Below are positions 1 to 9,048 of a stretch of 64,000 bases of DNA, piece by piece. The notes under the pieces are model-generated. The model did not search any database, was not told where the DNA came from, and saw only the letters and a list, made by a program, of their open reading frames with translations. The position numbers and the translations under genes were made by a program. Numbering within the stretch: position 1 is the stretch's first letter; each line of letters begins with the position of its first letter. This DNA is from an uncultured Thermoplasmata archaeon (lineage in GTDB: Archaea; Thermoplasmatota; Thermoplasmata; UBA10834): NCBI GenBank assembly GCA_963748615.1, contig CAVVJQ010000002.1:323240-387239 (forward strand), written 5' to 3'.

Positions 1-6
1 TCGGTC

Positions 7-444
7 GTGAAGGACAAACACCCCCCGCAGAACCTGATGGACGGCGAGATTCTGTCGCTGATCACAGAAGAAGGGAAAACACTTCGGGATCTCATGGCCC
101 TGACTGGCTACCCTGAGGATAGTATCACACTCTCCCTCGGCAGGTTGATCTCCGCCGGAAGCACGATCCTGGATAGTGCTGGCAAAGCGGAGGTCTACAG
201 GCTCGTGCCGCCTCCCGCCCCTCCCATGCGCAAAGCGCTGAAAGTATTGGATGCGGCGGGCGAGGAGGATGCGGAGGAGCGCATAATGAATGCGTTGAGG
301 CCAAATGGCTCCACAAAGGGGCAGTTGGTCCGGATTAGCCGGTTGCCTCCAGAGCAGGCCACAAAGGCGTTGGCATCACTATCTAAAAAGGGAAGGCTCC
401 GCGTGGTGCGCAAAGGCAACAGGGCACTATTCTATCCTGCCTGA
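7..444 (+). CDS. Tandem winged-helix-like protein of unknown function; may start upstream of the window
   Basis: 145-aa ORF with GTG at 7; the frame stays open back to nt 1. It has two similar helix-rich halves. Each ends in a basic wing-like segment (SAGKAEVYRLV and KKGRLRVVRKGNRALFY). No enzyme motifs seen. Confidence 0.45.
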   Translation: MKDKHPPQNLMDGEILSLITEEGKTLRDLMALTGYPEDSITLSLGRLISAGSTILDSAGKAEVYRLVPPPAPPMRKALKVLDAAGEEDAEERIMNALRPNGSTKGQLVRISRLPPEQATKALASLSKKGRLRVVRKGNRALFYPA

Positions 445-523
445 AGCACATCCCCTGCCTTCTGGCTCCTTCGAATCGACAAAGGTTTAATACAGAACCC
501 CTCCGATTGGACGAACGGGACCA

Positions 524-1405
524 GTGCATAGAATGCATGCGTTGAAGATGAGCGGAGTGAGTTTTATCTACGAGGGCGCCGAAAGGCATGCGCTCGACAA
601 TATCTCCGTTTCGATCGAAGAGGGCGAGTTCGTGACGGTCCTTGGCGCCAACCGCGCCGGTAAGACAACGCTCGCCATGTTGTCGAATGGTTTAATCCCA
701 CATGCAATCAAAGGGTCCCTCGAAGGCTTAGTCGAGGTCTTCGGATACGACATAACCAAGCACAGCGTCGCTCAGCTCTCGACCCTGGTCGGAATGGTGT
801 TCCAGGAGCCAGAGAGCCAATTATTCTGCATGAGCGTGGAAGAAGAGGTGGCTTTCGGTCCAGAGAACTTGGCAATCCCTCCCGACGAGATCTTCAAGCG
901 CGTGGAGTGGGCACTCGACCTCGTCGGTCTCAAAGGATTGAACGATCGCTCTCCCTCGACCCTATCCGGCGGCCAGAAGCAGCGTCTCGCGATAGCCGCT
1001 GCACTCGCAATGCGTCCCAAAATGCTGGTTCTAGACGAACCGGCCTATGCGCTCGATCCTGTCGGCAGGATAGAGCTGTACGCACTTCTTCGTTCGTTGA
1101 CCGAGAAGCACGGAATGGCGGTTCTGCTGATGGATCGTGATTCGGAAAACATCCTCGAGTTCTCGGACAAGGTCGTGCTTATGAGTTCTGGTCGTATACT
1201 CACGGTGGCTCCTCCATCTGAAATCCTCCGTGACATCAATAATTTCCGAACGATTCGTGTTCCACCTCCCCAGATTTTCGAAATCGCATCTTTGTTGAAT
1301 TCCAGATTGACGGGTGCAGATTTTTCCTTCACAACTCTCGACGAGGCCGAGGCCGAGCTGCTGTCGAGGGCCCCGTCATTTCCGAGGATCGGTGATATGA
1401 GATGA
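524..1405 (+). CDS. ecfA1: ECF transporter ATPase subunit (EcfA1/CbiO-like ABC ATPase)
   Basis: Walker A GANRAGKTT, ABC signature LSGGQKQR, Walker B MLVLDEP. ATGA stop/start overlap with the next gene. Confidence 0.9.
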   Translation: MHRMHALKMSGVSFIYEGAERHALDNISVSIEEGEFVTVLGANRAGKTTLAMLSNGLIPHAIKGSLEGLVEVFGYDITKHSVAQLSTLVGMVFQEPESQLFCMSVEEEVAFGPENLAIPPDEIFKRVEWALDLVGLKGLNDRSPSTLSGGQKQRLAIAAALAMRPKMLVLDEPAYALDPVGRIELYALLRSLTEKHGMAVLLMDRDSENILEFSDKVVLMSSGRILTVAPPSEILRDINNFRTIRVPPPQIFEIASLLNSRLTGADFSFTTLDEAEAELLSRAPSFPRIGDMR

Positions 1406-2256
1406 TACCCAAGCCGAGCGCCGACCGATCCAAAAGGATGATCGAGATGGACAATGTGGGGTTCACATACGACGCCGGCGTGGAGGCCCTCAGAGGCGTC
1501 TCACTCACGGTATCGAGCGGCGAATTCCTTGCAATAGTGGGCGGGAACGGTTCAGGGAAGACTACTCTGGCCAAACTCATGAATGGTTTGCTCCGACCAT
1601 CGGGCGGTTCGATCAAGATATCTGGCGCTCCCGCCGAGAGTCAATCGATCGCCGAATTGTCGAAAACGGTCGGCTACTGCTTCCAGAATCCAGATCATCA
1701 ACTATTCTGTACGAGCGTCGAGGACGAGGTCATGTTTGGCCCCAAGAATCTCGGGATCGGGGTAGAGGTGTCACGGGAACGCATGGAGCACGCACTCTCC
1801 CTGATGGGCATTTCCTCTCTCAAGACAATGTCACCGTTCTCTCTTAGTCTCAGTGAAAGGCGCAGAGTCACTATCGCGTCCATCCTGGCGATGACGCCTC
1901 CGGTCATGATACTCGACGAACCCACGACAGGTTTGGACGCGGACGAATCATCGGAACTAATGGCACTGATTCGAAAGTTGAACGCGGATGGGAGAACGAT
2001 AATTCTCATCACTCATGAGATGAAGCTCGTGGCCGAGCACGCGGATCGCGTGATCATCCTTTCGGACGGTCACATCCTACTCGATTCTGATGTTCGTGGA
2101 GCGTTCTCTGATCCGGAGATTCTGAAGGCGGGCAGGCTCCTCCCCCCGCCAGTTACTTTATTGGCAAGCAGGATCCCCTCGATAGGCATTTCACGCGACC
2201 TCCTCACGTCAGAGGAGTTCGTGTTCGAATTATCTCGGAGGTATGGGCCCAGATGA
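1402..2256 (+). CDS. ecfA2: ECF transporter ATPase subunit (EcfA2-like) with a degenerate signature motif
   Basis: Walker A GGNGSGKTT, Walker B VMILDEPTTGLD. The position of the LSGGQ signature reads LSLSERRR. ATGA overlaps on both sides. Confidence 0.88.
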   Translation: MIPKPSADRSKRMIEMDNVGFTYDAGVEALRGVSLTVSSGEFLAIVGGNGSGKTTLAKLMNGLLRPSGGSIKISGAPAESQSIAELSKTVGYCFQNPDHQLFCTSVEDEVMFGPKNLGIGVEVSRERMEHALSLMGISSLKTMSPFSLSLSERRRVTIASILAMTPPVMILDEPTTGLDADESSELMALIRKLNADGRTIILITHEMKLVAEHADRVIILSDGHILLDSDVRGAFSDPEILKAGRLLPPPVTLLASRIPSIGISRDLLTSEEFVFELSRRYGPR

Positions 2257-3041
2257 AAGGGGTGTTCGATCTCTACACGGCCCGAGACACATTCCTCCAC
2301 AGGCTCGACCCTCGAGTGAAGATACTCGCGGTCCTATTCCTCAGCCTGCTGGGCTTGATCATGACTGAACTGATCCCCCTGCTCACTCTGCTCTGCTTCA
2401 TCATCCTGTTGCTGTACTTGACCCGATCGACCTTCAGCAAGGCGTACTTCGCGTTGAAGTTCGTGCTGCGGCTGATGGTCCTTATCACCGTCCTTTGGCC
2501 GTTCTTTGACCAATCCGGGCTCCCAGTATTGGCTACGCTCGGCCCGATCAAGATAACCGAGCCAGCAATCTGGAGGGGATTGACATCTGCGATCAGGATC
2601 GGATGTCTCGCGACCGTCTGGTACATACTCATGTTCACCACCACTCAACGCGACCTTGTCAGGGCCCTGGTCAAGATGGGTCTGAGATACGACTATGGAC
2701 TTGCGCTCGCGATATCTCTTAGATTCATCCCGACCTTCGGATTCACAATCGAGTCCGTCAAAGACGCCCAGCGCGCACGCGGGCTCGAGTTCGACAAGGG
2801 CTCCGTCATCCGTAGGTCCAAGAACTACATCGCAGTCCTTGTTCCCGCGATAATCTACGCGTTGAAGACTGCCGAGACACTCTCGCTGTCTCTCCAGTCA
2901 AGAGCCTATGGTGCACGAAAGGACCGGACATACATGCGGGAGATACGCATGGACCGTTCGGACATAGCTGTGCTCGTCGTGGTGATACTTATTTTTGCCG
3001 TCCCTGCAGTTGCGAAGCTCGTCTATGGGGTCGCCATCTGA
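2253..3041 (+). CDS. ecfT: ECF transporter transmembrane (T) component
   Basis: Multi-pass hydrophobic 262-aa protein with an EcfT-type Ala-Arg-Gly coupling motif (VKDAQRARGLEF). Translationally coupled to ecfA2. Confidence 0.85.
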   Translation: MKGVFDLYTARDTFLHRLDPRVKILAVLFLSLLGLIMTELIPLLTLLCFIILLLYLTRSTFSKAYFALKFVLRLMVLITVLWPFFDQSGLPVLATLGPIKITEPAIWRGLTSAIRIGCLATVWYILMFTTTQRDLVRALVKMGLRYDYGLALAISLRFIPTFGFTIESVKDAQRARGLEFDKGSVIRRSKNYIAVLVPAIIYALKTAETLSLSLQSRAYGARKDRTYMREIRMDRSDIAVLVVVILIFAVPAVAKLVYGVAI

Positions 3042-3095
3042 TTTCGTAAATCCGATGCGCAAATCGCCCTCTCGGCCTGTCAGACTTTATGTAGT

Positions 3096-3692
3096 TTGCC
3101 GCATCTTGCGGTCTTCGACATGACAGAAGACGCTCCTCAAGGTCCACTGGACAACCAGCCACCACTAGAGGAGATGCCAAAGGCCAATTTCGTTTCTCCG
3201 AAGACAGTCGCAGTCTACGGTGTCCTCACGGCACTGACAGCTGCAGTGACCATCCTCACAGTCATACCGTTTCCTCCGACGAAGGGCTACTTCAACCTCG
3301 GAGAAGCGATGGTGTTCTTCTCCGCTCTCGTATTCGGTTGGAGGGCCGGTGCGATATGCGGTGGCGTCGGCTCGGCAATCGCAGACGTGATAATCGGATA
3401 CGGCGCCTTCGCCCCGGTAACACTCACCGCGAAAGGCGTCGAGGGATGCGTGACGGGCTTGATATCCAAGCTCAATGGTGGCAAGAAGTGGTCATCCGTG
3501 CTGGGCATCTTCTGTGGAGGTGCCTGCATGGTATCGATATACTATCTGGCCGAAGTATACCTGCTCGACATGGGTCAGGGTGCTGCCCTCACAGAACTGT
3601 TCACCATCAACATCCCACAGGTCGCAATCGGTGGGACACTCGGGTTCGTACTGGCGCACTATGTTCGGAAATCCATCCGACTGCCCAAGTAA
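3096..3692 (+). CDS. ECF-type substrate-capture (S) component-like membrane protein; substrate unknown
   Basis: About 190-aa protein that looks like six TM helices, directly after ecfAAT. Gly-rich helices (AICGGVGSAIADVIIGYGAF). TTG at 3096; an in-frame ATG at 3120 is an alternative start. Confidence 0.6.
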   Translation: MPHLAVFDMTEDAPQGPLDNQPPLEEMPKANFVSPKTVAVYGVLTALTAAVTILTVIPFPPTKGYFNLGEAMVFFSALVFGWRAGAICGGVGSAIADVIIGYGAFAPVTLTAKGVEGCVTGLISKLNGGKKWSSVLGIFCGGACMVSIYYLAEVYLLDMGQGAALTELFTINIPQVAIGGTLGFVLAHYVRKSIRLPK

Positions 3693-3721
3693 GATCATCT
3701 GAGGGAACGCAATGGGCGCAA

Positions 3722-5185
3722 TCACTTCTTCAGCTTCGCGATCTCTCTCTCGCCTACCTTGTCCCTCGGCATGAGCCGTTTCATGCCTGCCATCATGTTC
3801 ATCCCAAAGTTCATCATGAACGCAGGGAGTGAGATGCCATATCTGGTCCCCGTCTCGACAAGTTTTCCAGGGTTCATTATGTCGTTCGGGTCCATCATGG
3901 CCTTGATCGACCTTATCAACTCCGCGCCCTCCTTGCCACGATACTTGGCAAGGTTGCCCGCGAAGAAGATGCCTAGCCCGACCGGTCTACCGCCGTTCTC
4001 GAAGGCGATGTCTCCAAGCTTCTTGCCGAAGCCCATCGCTGCCGTCGATCGCAGGAAGTTATGCTCGTCCGTAAGGTAGTAGGGCATCAACATGACGGTG
4101 TTGTTGTCCGCGATGGTGCCTATGGTAGGTGCCTTGAGCTTCATTTCTTTCACGAGTTTCTGCATCTCCGACAGGACCTTCTCGAAGTTCTCGATGGGGA
4201 TCAGTATCTCTCCGGGTATTGCGCCGACACCCATCTCCCTGACCCTGAACTCGTAGCTCCTCTCGGACCATTCGTGCTCGGCCACATCCTTCGGCATCTT
4301 GGTACCTTCTGACGAGGCCATGATGTCATCAAGGGTCTTCTCCTCAACATCGACCGATTCCTTCGACCCTGTCAGGGCCATCGTGATCATGCAACCGACG
4401 TCCGGGGCGTGCTTCCCGACCGCTCTCAAATACTCGAAATGCTCACGGTCGCCGAACATGATGTGCATGGGGGCGACATGTGTTCTCGTGACCCTCCTCA
4501 TCGCAGGTGCGAACTTGGACAGGTTCTCGAAAGAATATGCGACGACTCTGAACTCCGACGGCTTGGGGACTATGGATAGAGTCACTTCAGTGACAACGCC
4601 GAGGATTCCCTCGGATCCCACGAATAGCCAGTTGAGATTCGGGCCACCGCCGTTGGATGGCACGAGTTTGTCTCCGGTGTGAACGACCGCACCTGTCGGA
4701 AGGACCACTTCGAGGTCTCTGATGAGATCTCCAGCGCTCCCGTACTTGTACGCGCCTATGCCAGTCCCACCGGTCCCGATCCATCCGCCTATGGTCGCAG
4801 ATGGCGCGCTGCTCGGATAGCATGGCAGGAATAGACCTTTCTCATCCAATGCGTCGGAAAGAGCTTTCCATGTGATGCCTGGTTGAACGGTGACGACGAG
4901 ATTCTTTTCGTCGATTGAGATGATCTTGTTCATGGCGGTCATGTCCAGGACTATGCCACCCTTGACCGGTACGGATCCACCAAGCCCCCAGGTGCCAGCT
5001 CCCCTTGGCACAATCGGTTTCCTCGTTGCGATGGCTTTCTTGACCATCTGGACGACCTCTTCCGTATAGCCTGGTCTTACTACCTGATCCGGCATGGTCT
5101 TGAATATCACATCCATCTCCTTCGGGAGTGGAGCGAGGTCATGGCTGTACATTCTCCTTTCGAGTTTATCGTTCGAAGTATCCAT
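3722..5185 (-). CDS. FAD-linked oxidase (GlcD / D-lactate dehydrogenase family)
   Basis: 487 aa. PCMH-type FAD-binding region (KPIVPRGAGTWGLGGSVPVKGGIVLDM). A C-terminal FAD-oxidase domain pattern runs the full length. Confidence 0.85.
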   Translation of the reverse strand: MDTSNDKLERRMYSHDLAPLPKEMDVIFKTMPDQVVRPGYTEEVVQMVKKAIATRKPIVPRGAGTWGLGGSVPVKGGIVLDMTAMNKIISIDEKNLVVTVQPGITWKALSDALDEKGLFLPCYPSSAPSATIGGWIGTGGTGIGAYKYGSAGDLIRDLEVVLPTGAVVHTGDKLVPSNGGGPNLNWLFVGSEGILGVVTEVTLSIVPKPSEFRVVAYSFENLSKFAPAMRRVTRTHVAPMHIMFGDREHFEYLRAVGKHAPDVGCMITMALTGSKESVDVEEKTLDDIMASSEGTKMPKDVAEHEWSERSYEFRVREMGVGAIPGEILIPIENFEKVLSEMQKLVKEMKLKAPTIGTIADNNTVMLMPYYLTDEHNFLRSTAAMGFGKKLGDIAFENGGRPVGLGIFFAGNLAKYRGKEGAELIRSIKAMMDPNDIMNPGKLVETGTRYGISLPAFMMNFGMNMMAGMKRLMPRDKVGEREIAKLKK

Positions 5186-5216
5186 TATAACACCCTTCAG
5201 GTGATGATCGGTTACT

Positions 5217-5234
5217 AGGTGGCCTTGGCCACCT
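5217..5234. promoter_or_regulatory. Inverted repeat AGGTGGCC-TT-GGCCACCT in the divergent intergenic region (candidate operator)
   Basis: Perfect 8-bp arms with a 2-bp spacer. It lies between the FAD-oxidase start (5185, minus) and an AT-rich box AATAAATATATA (~5258-5269) upstream of htpX. Confidence 0.3.
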
Positions 5235-5414
5235 TTGGTGGAAAGCTGTCATTCCCAATAAATATATACGTATCAACAACCCAAAAGGGGTCAAGTCAGA
5301 GTATCACTTTCGTCGAAATCGGGTGGCTTCACGTCGAAACATTCTTATCTGCCCCTTGTGTGATTGTCCTTGAAGCAAGGACCTGCTATTATCTATACTG
5401 GGGTGAGGTAGAGA

Positions 5415-6290
5415 ATGAACGCCACTTTGCGGACTATGGGACTCTTCATGGTACTGATGCTGCTCTTCACGGGCATCGGATTCGTGCTGGGCGGCCCCTT
5501 AATGGGCGGTAATTGGATTCTAGGCGCAGTGCTGTTTCTCGGACTCGCCGCCGTTATGAATATCATATCCTATTTCATGAGCGCCAAGATAGTACTATGG
5601 TCATACCGTGCGAAGATCGTCTCCGAGGCGGAGGCACCTAGGCTCCACAAACTGGTCAGGGGCATCTGTCTCAAGGCCGACCTTCCGATGCCTAGGATCG
5701 CCATAGTCCCGACGCAGAACCCGAACGCATTCGCGACCGGTCGCAACAAGAATAACGCCGTGGTCGCTGCCACGGAGGGGATAATGGTGCTCCTGAGCGA
5801 CGATGAGCTCGAGGGGGTGCTCGCGCATGAGATGGCCCATGTCAAGCACAGGGACATCCTGGTCATGTCCGTAGCTGCCACGATCGCGGGCGCCATATCG
5901 TTCGCAGGTCGGATGGTCTTGTGGAACTCATTGCTCGGCAGGAGAGGTAACGGGAACGGGATCCTACTGCTGGTGGTCGCCATAACGGCCCCGATCGCAG
6001 CGATGTTGATCCAATTGGCCATATCCCGTAACAGAGAGTACAAAGCCGACCGCGAAGGAGCGTTGATGATCCAGCGCCCGCTGGCCCTCGCACGCGCCCT
6101 CGACAAGCTCGAAAAGGGCAACATGCGCAAGCCGATGCAGCGTGGAAACCCCGCGACATCCTCGCTGTTCATCGTGAACCCGTTCAGAGGTGGCGGAATG
6201 ATGATATCGTTATTCATGACACATCCGCCGATGAGTGTGAGGATAAAACGTCTCCGCGAACTCGCAGATGAGACGGGTTTCATAGGCTGA
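5415..6290 (+). CDS. htpX: Zinc metalloprotease HtpX (M48 family)
   Basis: N-terminal TM helices, HEMAHVKHRD zinc motif, conserved C-terminal region REYKADREGA. Confidence 0.92.
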   Translation: MNATLRTMGLFMVLMLLFTGIGFVLGGPLMGGNWILGAVLFLGLAAVMNIISYFMSAKIVLWSYRAKIVSEAEAPRLHKLVRGICLKADLPMPRIAIVPTQNPNAFATGRNKNNAVVAATEGIMVLLSDDELEGVLAHEMAHVKHRDILVMSVAATIAGAISFAGRMVLWNSLLGRRGNGNGILLLVVAITAPIAAMLIQLAISRNREYKADREGALMIQRPLALARALDKLEKGNMRKPMQRGNPATSSLFIVNPFRGGGMMISLFMTHPPMSVRIKRLRELADETGFIG

Positions 6291-6302
6291 TCAGAAACAC
6301 CT

Positions 6303-7640
6303 TCAACCAACCTTTTCCCATTTCTCCAGCTTAAGAACGCTTGAGAGGGTTCCGCCTCGCTTTATCTCTTCTCGAACACGGTTCTCCCTCTCCATGACAT
6401 CCAGTGCCCGGTTCGCCACCTCGACGGCGTTCTCCTGCGGCACTACAACAACGCCGCTCTCGTCACCGATCACCCAATCGCCCGTGCGGACGGTGACCCC
6501 GCCGCACACGATCTCCTGGCCTATGCCGCCATATCCCTTCGGTTCCCCTGCGTTGGACGAGATATGCCTCGAGAAGCAGGGGAATCCCATTTCGATTATT
6601 GCATCGACATCCCTCGTGGCACCGTCGATGACCACTCCTGCGAGTCCTTTCGTCTTGCAGCTCCACGATGCCAGCTCTCCCCAGACCGCGATGTCTCCGC
6701 CACAGGCATCGACAACTATCACGTCGCCTTCGGACGCGCGGTCGATGGCTTCTACGGATTTCGCCCAGTCCCCATTGAATGTCTGGACTGTAACGGCGCG
6801 CCCGACCATCTTCGCGTTATGGGCTATCCGAGGGAGTATACCCTTCATGGCGCCTCTCTTGTGCTGGGCATCGGTCACGTTCGGGGACGATACCTTCGAG
6901 AAAGCTTCGAAAAGCTCATCCGCGGAGTATTTCCTGAACAGCTCGGACATCTTCTTCTCGCCGGATACCATCGCATCCTTGACCGTCTTCGCGGCGGACG
7001 ACACATCCATCGCCTTGATTATGGCCCCGCCGACGATGACGATCATCGCACCAGCGTTCACCACATCAGGTGCGGTCTCGCTGTTAATGCCACCTGCGGC
7101 AGCAACTTGGATCCTGACAGCTTCAACGACGCTCTTGAGCTCTCCAAGGGGAGAACCTCCGACCATCTGCTCGTCCACCCCGACATGGACGCAGACATAA
7201 TCGGCACCCATCTCCTCGACCCTCTTCGCCCTCGCAGCCTTGTCCTTGACGTTGAACAGGTCGACCATTATCTTCGCGCCATACTGCCTGGCGCTGAGAA
7301 CCGCCTCGGTTATCGTGGGATCTGAAGACAGCCCTAGTATGACCACCACGTCGGCCCCTGACTTCGCAGCTATCTCGACCTCGGCTCCACCGACATCGAT
7401 GGTCTTCATGTCCGCGACTATCGTATTTGCAGGAAAGCTCTTCTTGAGCTTTCTGATGATCTCCACCCCTTCGCTCTTTATCAACGGAGTGCCCGCCTCT
7501 ATCCAATCGACTCCCCCACTGACTGCCTCCTTCGCAATCTCGAGGGCCCTCTCGCCTTGCACCAAGTCGAGTGCGACCTGAAGTACGGGTCTCATCGAGA
7601 TGAATGACTCACCTGCCCTGATAAAAAAGTGTCGCATCAC
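6303..7640 (-). CDS. Bifunctional 3-hexulose-6-phosphate synthase (HPS, OMP-decarboxylase fold) / RraA-like domain protein
   Basis: The N-terminal half (PVLQVALDL...GVDWIEAGTPLIK...DMKTIDVGG) is HPS-like. The C-terminal half (GDVIVVDACGG...GVVIDGATRD...GDWVIGDESGVVVVP) is RraA/aldolase-like. The true start may be the internal Met at about 7595. Confidence 0.8.
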   Translation of the reverse strand: MMRHFFIRAGESFISMRPVLQVALDLVQGERALEIAKEAVSGGVDWIEAGTPLIKSEGVEIIRKLKKSFPANTIVADMKTIDVGGAEVEIAAKSGADVVVILGLSSDPTITEAVLSARQYGAKIMVDLFNVKDKAARAKRVEEMGADYVCVHVGVDEQMVGGSPLGELKSVVEAVRIQVAAAGGINSETAPDVVNAGAMIVIVGGAIIKAMDVSSAAKTVKDAMVSGEKKMSELFRKYSADELFEAFSKVSSPNVTDAQHKRGAMKGILPRIAHNAKMVGRAVTVQTFNGDWAKSVEAIDRASEGDVIVVDACGGDIAVWGELASWSCKTKGLAGVVIDGATRDVDAIIEMGFPCFSRHISSNAGEPKGYGGIGQEIVCGGVTVRTGDWVIGDESGVVVVPQENAVEVANRALDVMERENRVREEIKRGGTLSSVLKLEKWEKVG

Positions 7641-7704
7641 CCAATAACGTGCACGTGCCTGCGGTTAAGAAACAATAATATGCGAACCACGGTATTCATA
7701 AGGA

Positions 7705-8460
7705 ATGATGGAGCCGAGAACAGGTGATCGTGTACGATGCGCGACAGGTATCGACGGTCTTGACACCATATTGTATGGTGGTATACCCACAGACAACACA
7801 GTCATCCTCACTGGTAGCTGTGGCACTGGGAAGACATCTCTAGCACTCGAGTTTCTCATCCACGGCGCCTTGAACAACGAGAACTCGTTGTTCATATCTG
7901 TCACTGAGAACTCTGAGAAACTTCTGGCGAACATCATACCCTACAGATTCTTCGATAAGGATCTATTGAAATCCGGCAGACTGGTCTTCGTCGACCTACC
8001 CGCCATGTACGACCGGTTGGGCATGACCAAGGCGGAGCTGTCGATGGAGGAGATCGACCTCCTCGTCGCGTCGATAAGCAGCCTCGTCAGGGAACTGAAA
8101 ACCAAGCGTTTGGTCATAGATTCCATAACTTCCGTGTGCTACAAGCTCAAAACACCTGAGAAGATTCGCGACTTCGTCCTCAAATTGAGCAAAGCGCTCT
8201 CGGACCTCAAGTGCACATCCATACTGGTGAGCGAGATAGCCGCTCATTCCAATGCGTACTCATTGTTCGGCGTAGAGGAAGCCATCGCCGATGGTATCAT
8301 GCTCATGTCGAACATGGAACGAAGGGGGGATCTCCTGCGCACCCTGCAGGTGATCAAGATGCGCGGAACCATGCATAGCCGAGCGAAGTACGTGCTTGAC
8401 CTGACCCCGGTAGGCGTGCTCCTCGTGCCACTTCTGAAAGGAGGGAGCGCTGGAACATGA
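7705..8460 (+). CDS. KaiC-like RecA-superfamily ATPase (intact Walker A)
   Basis: GIDGLD..L.GGIP lead-in, Walker A GSCGTGKTSLALEF, Walker B-like LVIDSITS, C-terminal LQVIKMRGTMH motif typical of KaiC/RadA-like proteins. Confidence 0.8.
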   Translation: MMEPRTGDRVRCATGIDGLDTILYGGIPTDNTVILTGSCGTGKTSLALEFLIHGALNNENSLFISVTENSEKLLANIIPYRFFDKDLLKSGRLVFVDLPAMYDRLGMTKAELSMEEIDLLVASISSLVRELKTKRLVIDSITSVCYKLKTPEKIRDFVLKLSKALSDLKCTSILVSEIAAHSNAYSLFGVEEAIADGIMLMSNMERRGDLLRTLQVIKMRGTMHSRAKYVLDLTPVGVLLVPLLKGGSAGT

Positions 8461-9047
8461 GCGACGCCAACTCCCCACAGGGGATAGCCGCACAGCTGTC
8501 AGAACTCTCACCAGGATCCGCGGTCTCGTTGCAGATGAGCGTCGATAGCTACCTCGAAGTGATGCGAGGGGTGCTGGATATCTTCGCTAGCAAGAAGGAC
8601 ATGGACACGATATACGTCACGGCGACGATCTCGTTCGAGGCTATAAAACGAGTATTGGACGCCCTCGATATTGACACATCTCGCATGTACTTCGTCGATT
8701 GCATCTCACACATAATGATGGGCACCACAGCCGCGCAGAAGGACGAGCACGCATCCTTGGTCGAGAGCCCTACGATGCTCGAGAACATCATGCTGAAGGT
8801 CGAATACCTCATAAGGATGTCTCCGTCCAAGAACAAACTGGTCGTGCTCGATTCGATCAACTCCCTCTCGATACACAACAATAACTGGATCCTCTCCGAG
8901 TTTCTTCACATATTGGTGTCAGGGCTCAGGGCGAAGGATGCATACACGATCATTCTATCCGTCGAGGAGCACTCCACACCGGAGATCGTGAACCTGGTGA
9001 ACCTCGTCTGCGACCAAGTCATACGAATCGGCAAGCCGGGGGACTGA
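8457..9047 (+). CDS. RecA/KaiC-fold-like protein with no recognisable Walker A (probably an inactive paralogue)
   Basis: 196 aa with an ATGA overlap with the upstream gene. It keeps the strand-helix pattern after the P-loop position (TIYVTATISFE..., LVVLDSINSL as a Walker-B-like strand). No GxxxxGK[ST] is present. Confidence 0.5.
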   Translation: MSDANSPQGIAAQLSELSPGSAVSLQMSVDSYLEVMRGVLDIFASKKDMDTIYVTATISFEAIKRVLDALDIDTSRMYFVDCISHIMMGTTAAQKDEHASLVESPTMLENIMLKVEYLIRMSPSKNKLVVLDSINSLSIHNNNWILSEFLHILVSGLRAKDAYTIILSVEEHSTPEIVNLVNLVCDQVIRIGKPGD

Positions 9048-9048
9048 G

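Noticed and set aside
5219-5512. 97-aa ORF upstream of and overlapping htpX.
   Set aside because: It spans the promoter and leader region and runs out of frame into htpX. It has no SD and no motifs.
5570-6310. Long antisense or alternate-frame ORFs inside well-supported genes. Examples are 5570..6310, 6394..7200, 9211..9903, 14066..14773, 26584..27294, 35197..35865, 45362..46090 and 59909..60817.
   Set aside because: Each lies fully within a gene that has strong family motifs on the other strand or frame. Their translations are Arg/Ser/Pro/His-rich with no motifs. This is the pattern expected from GC-rich codon-biased DNA.
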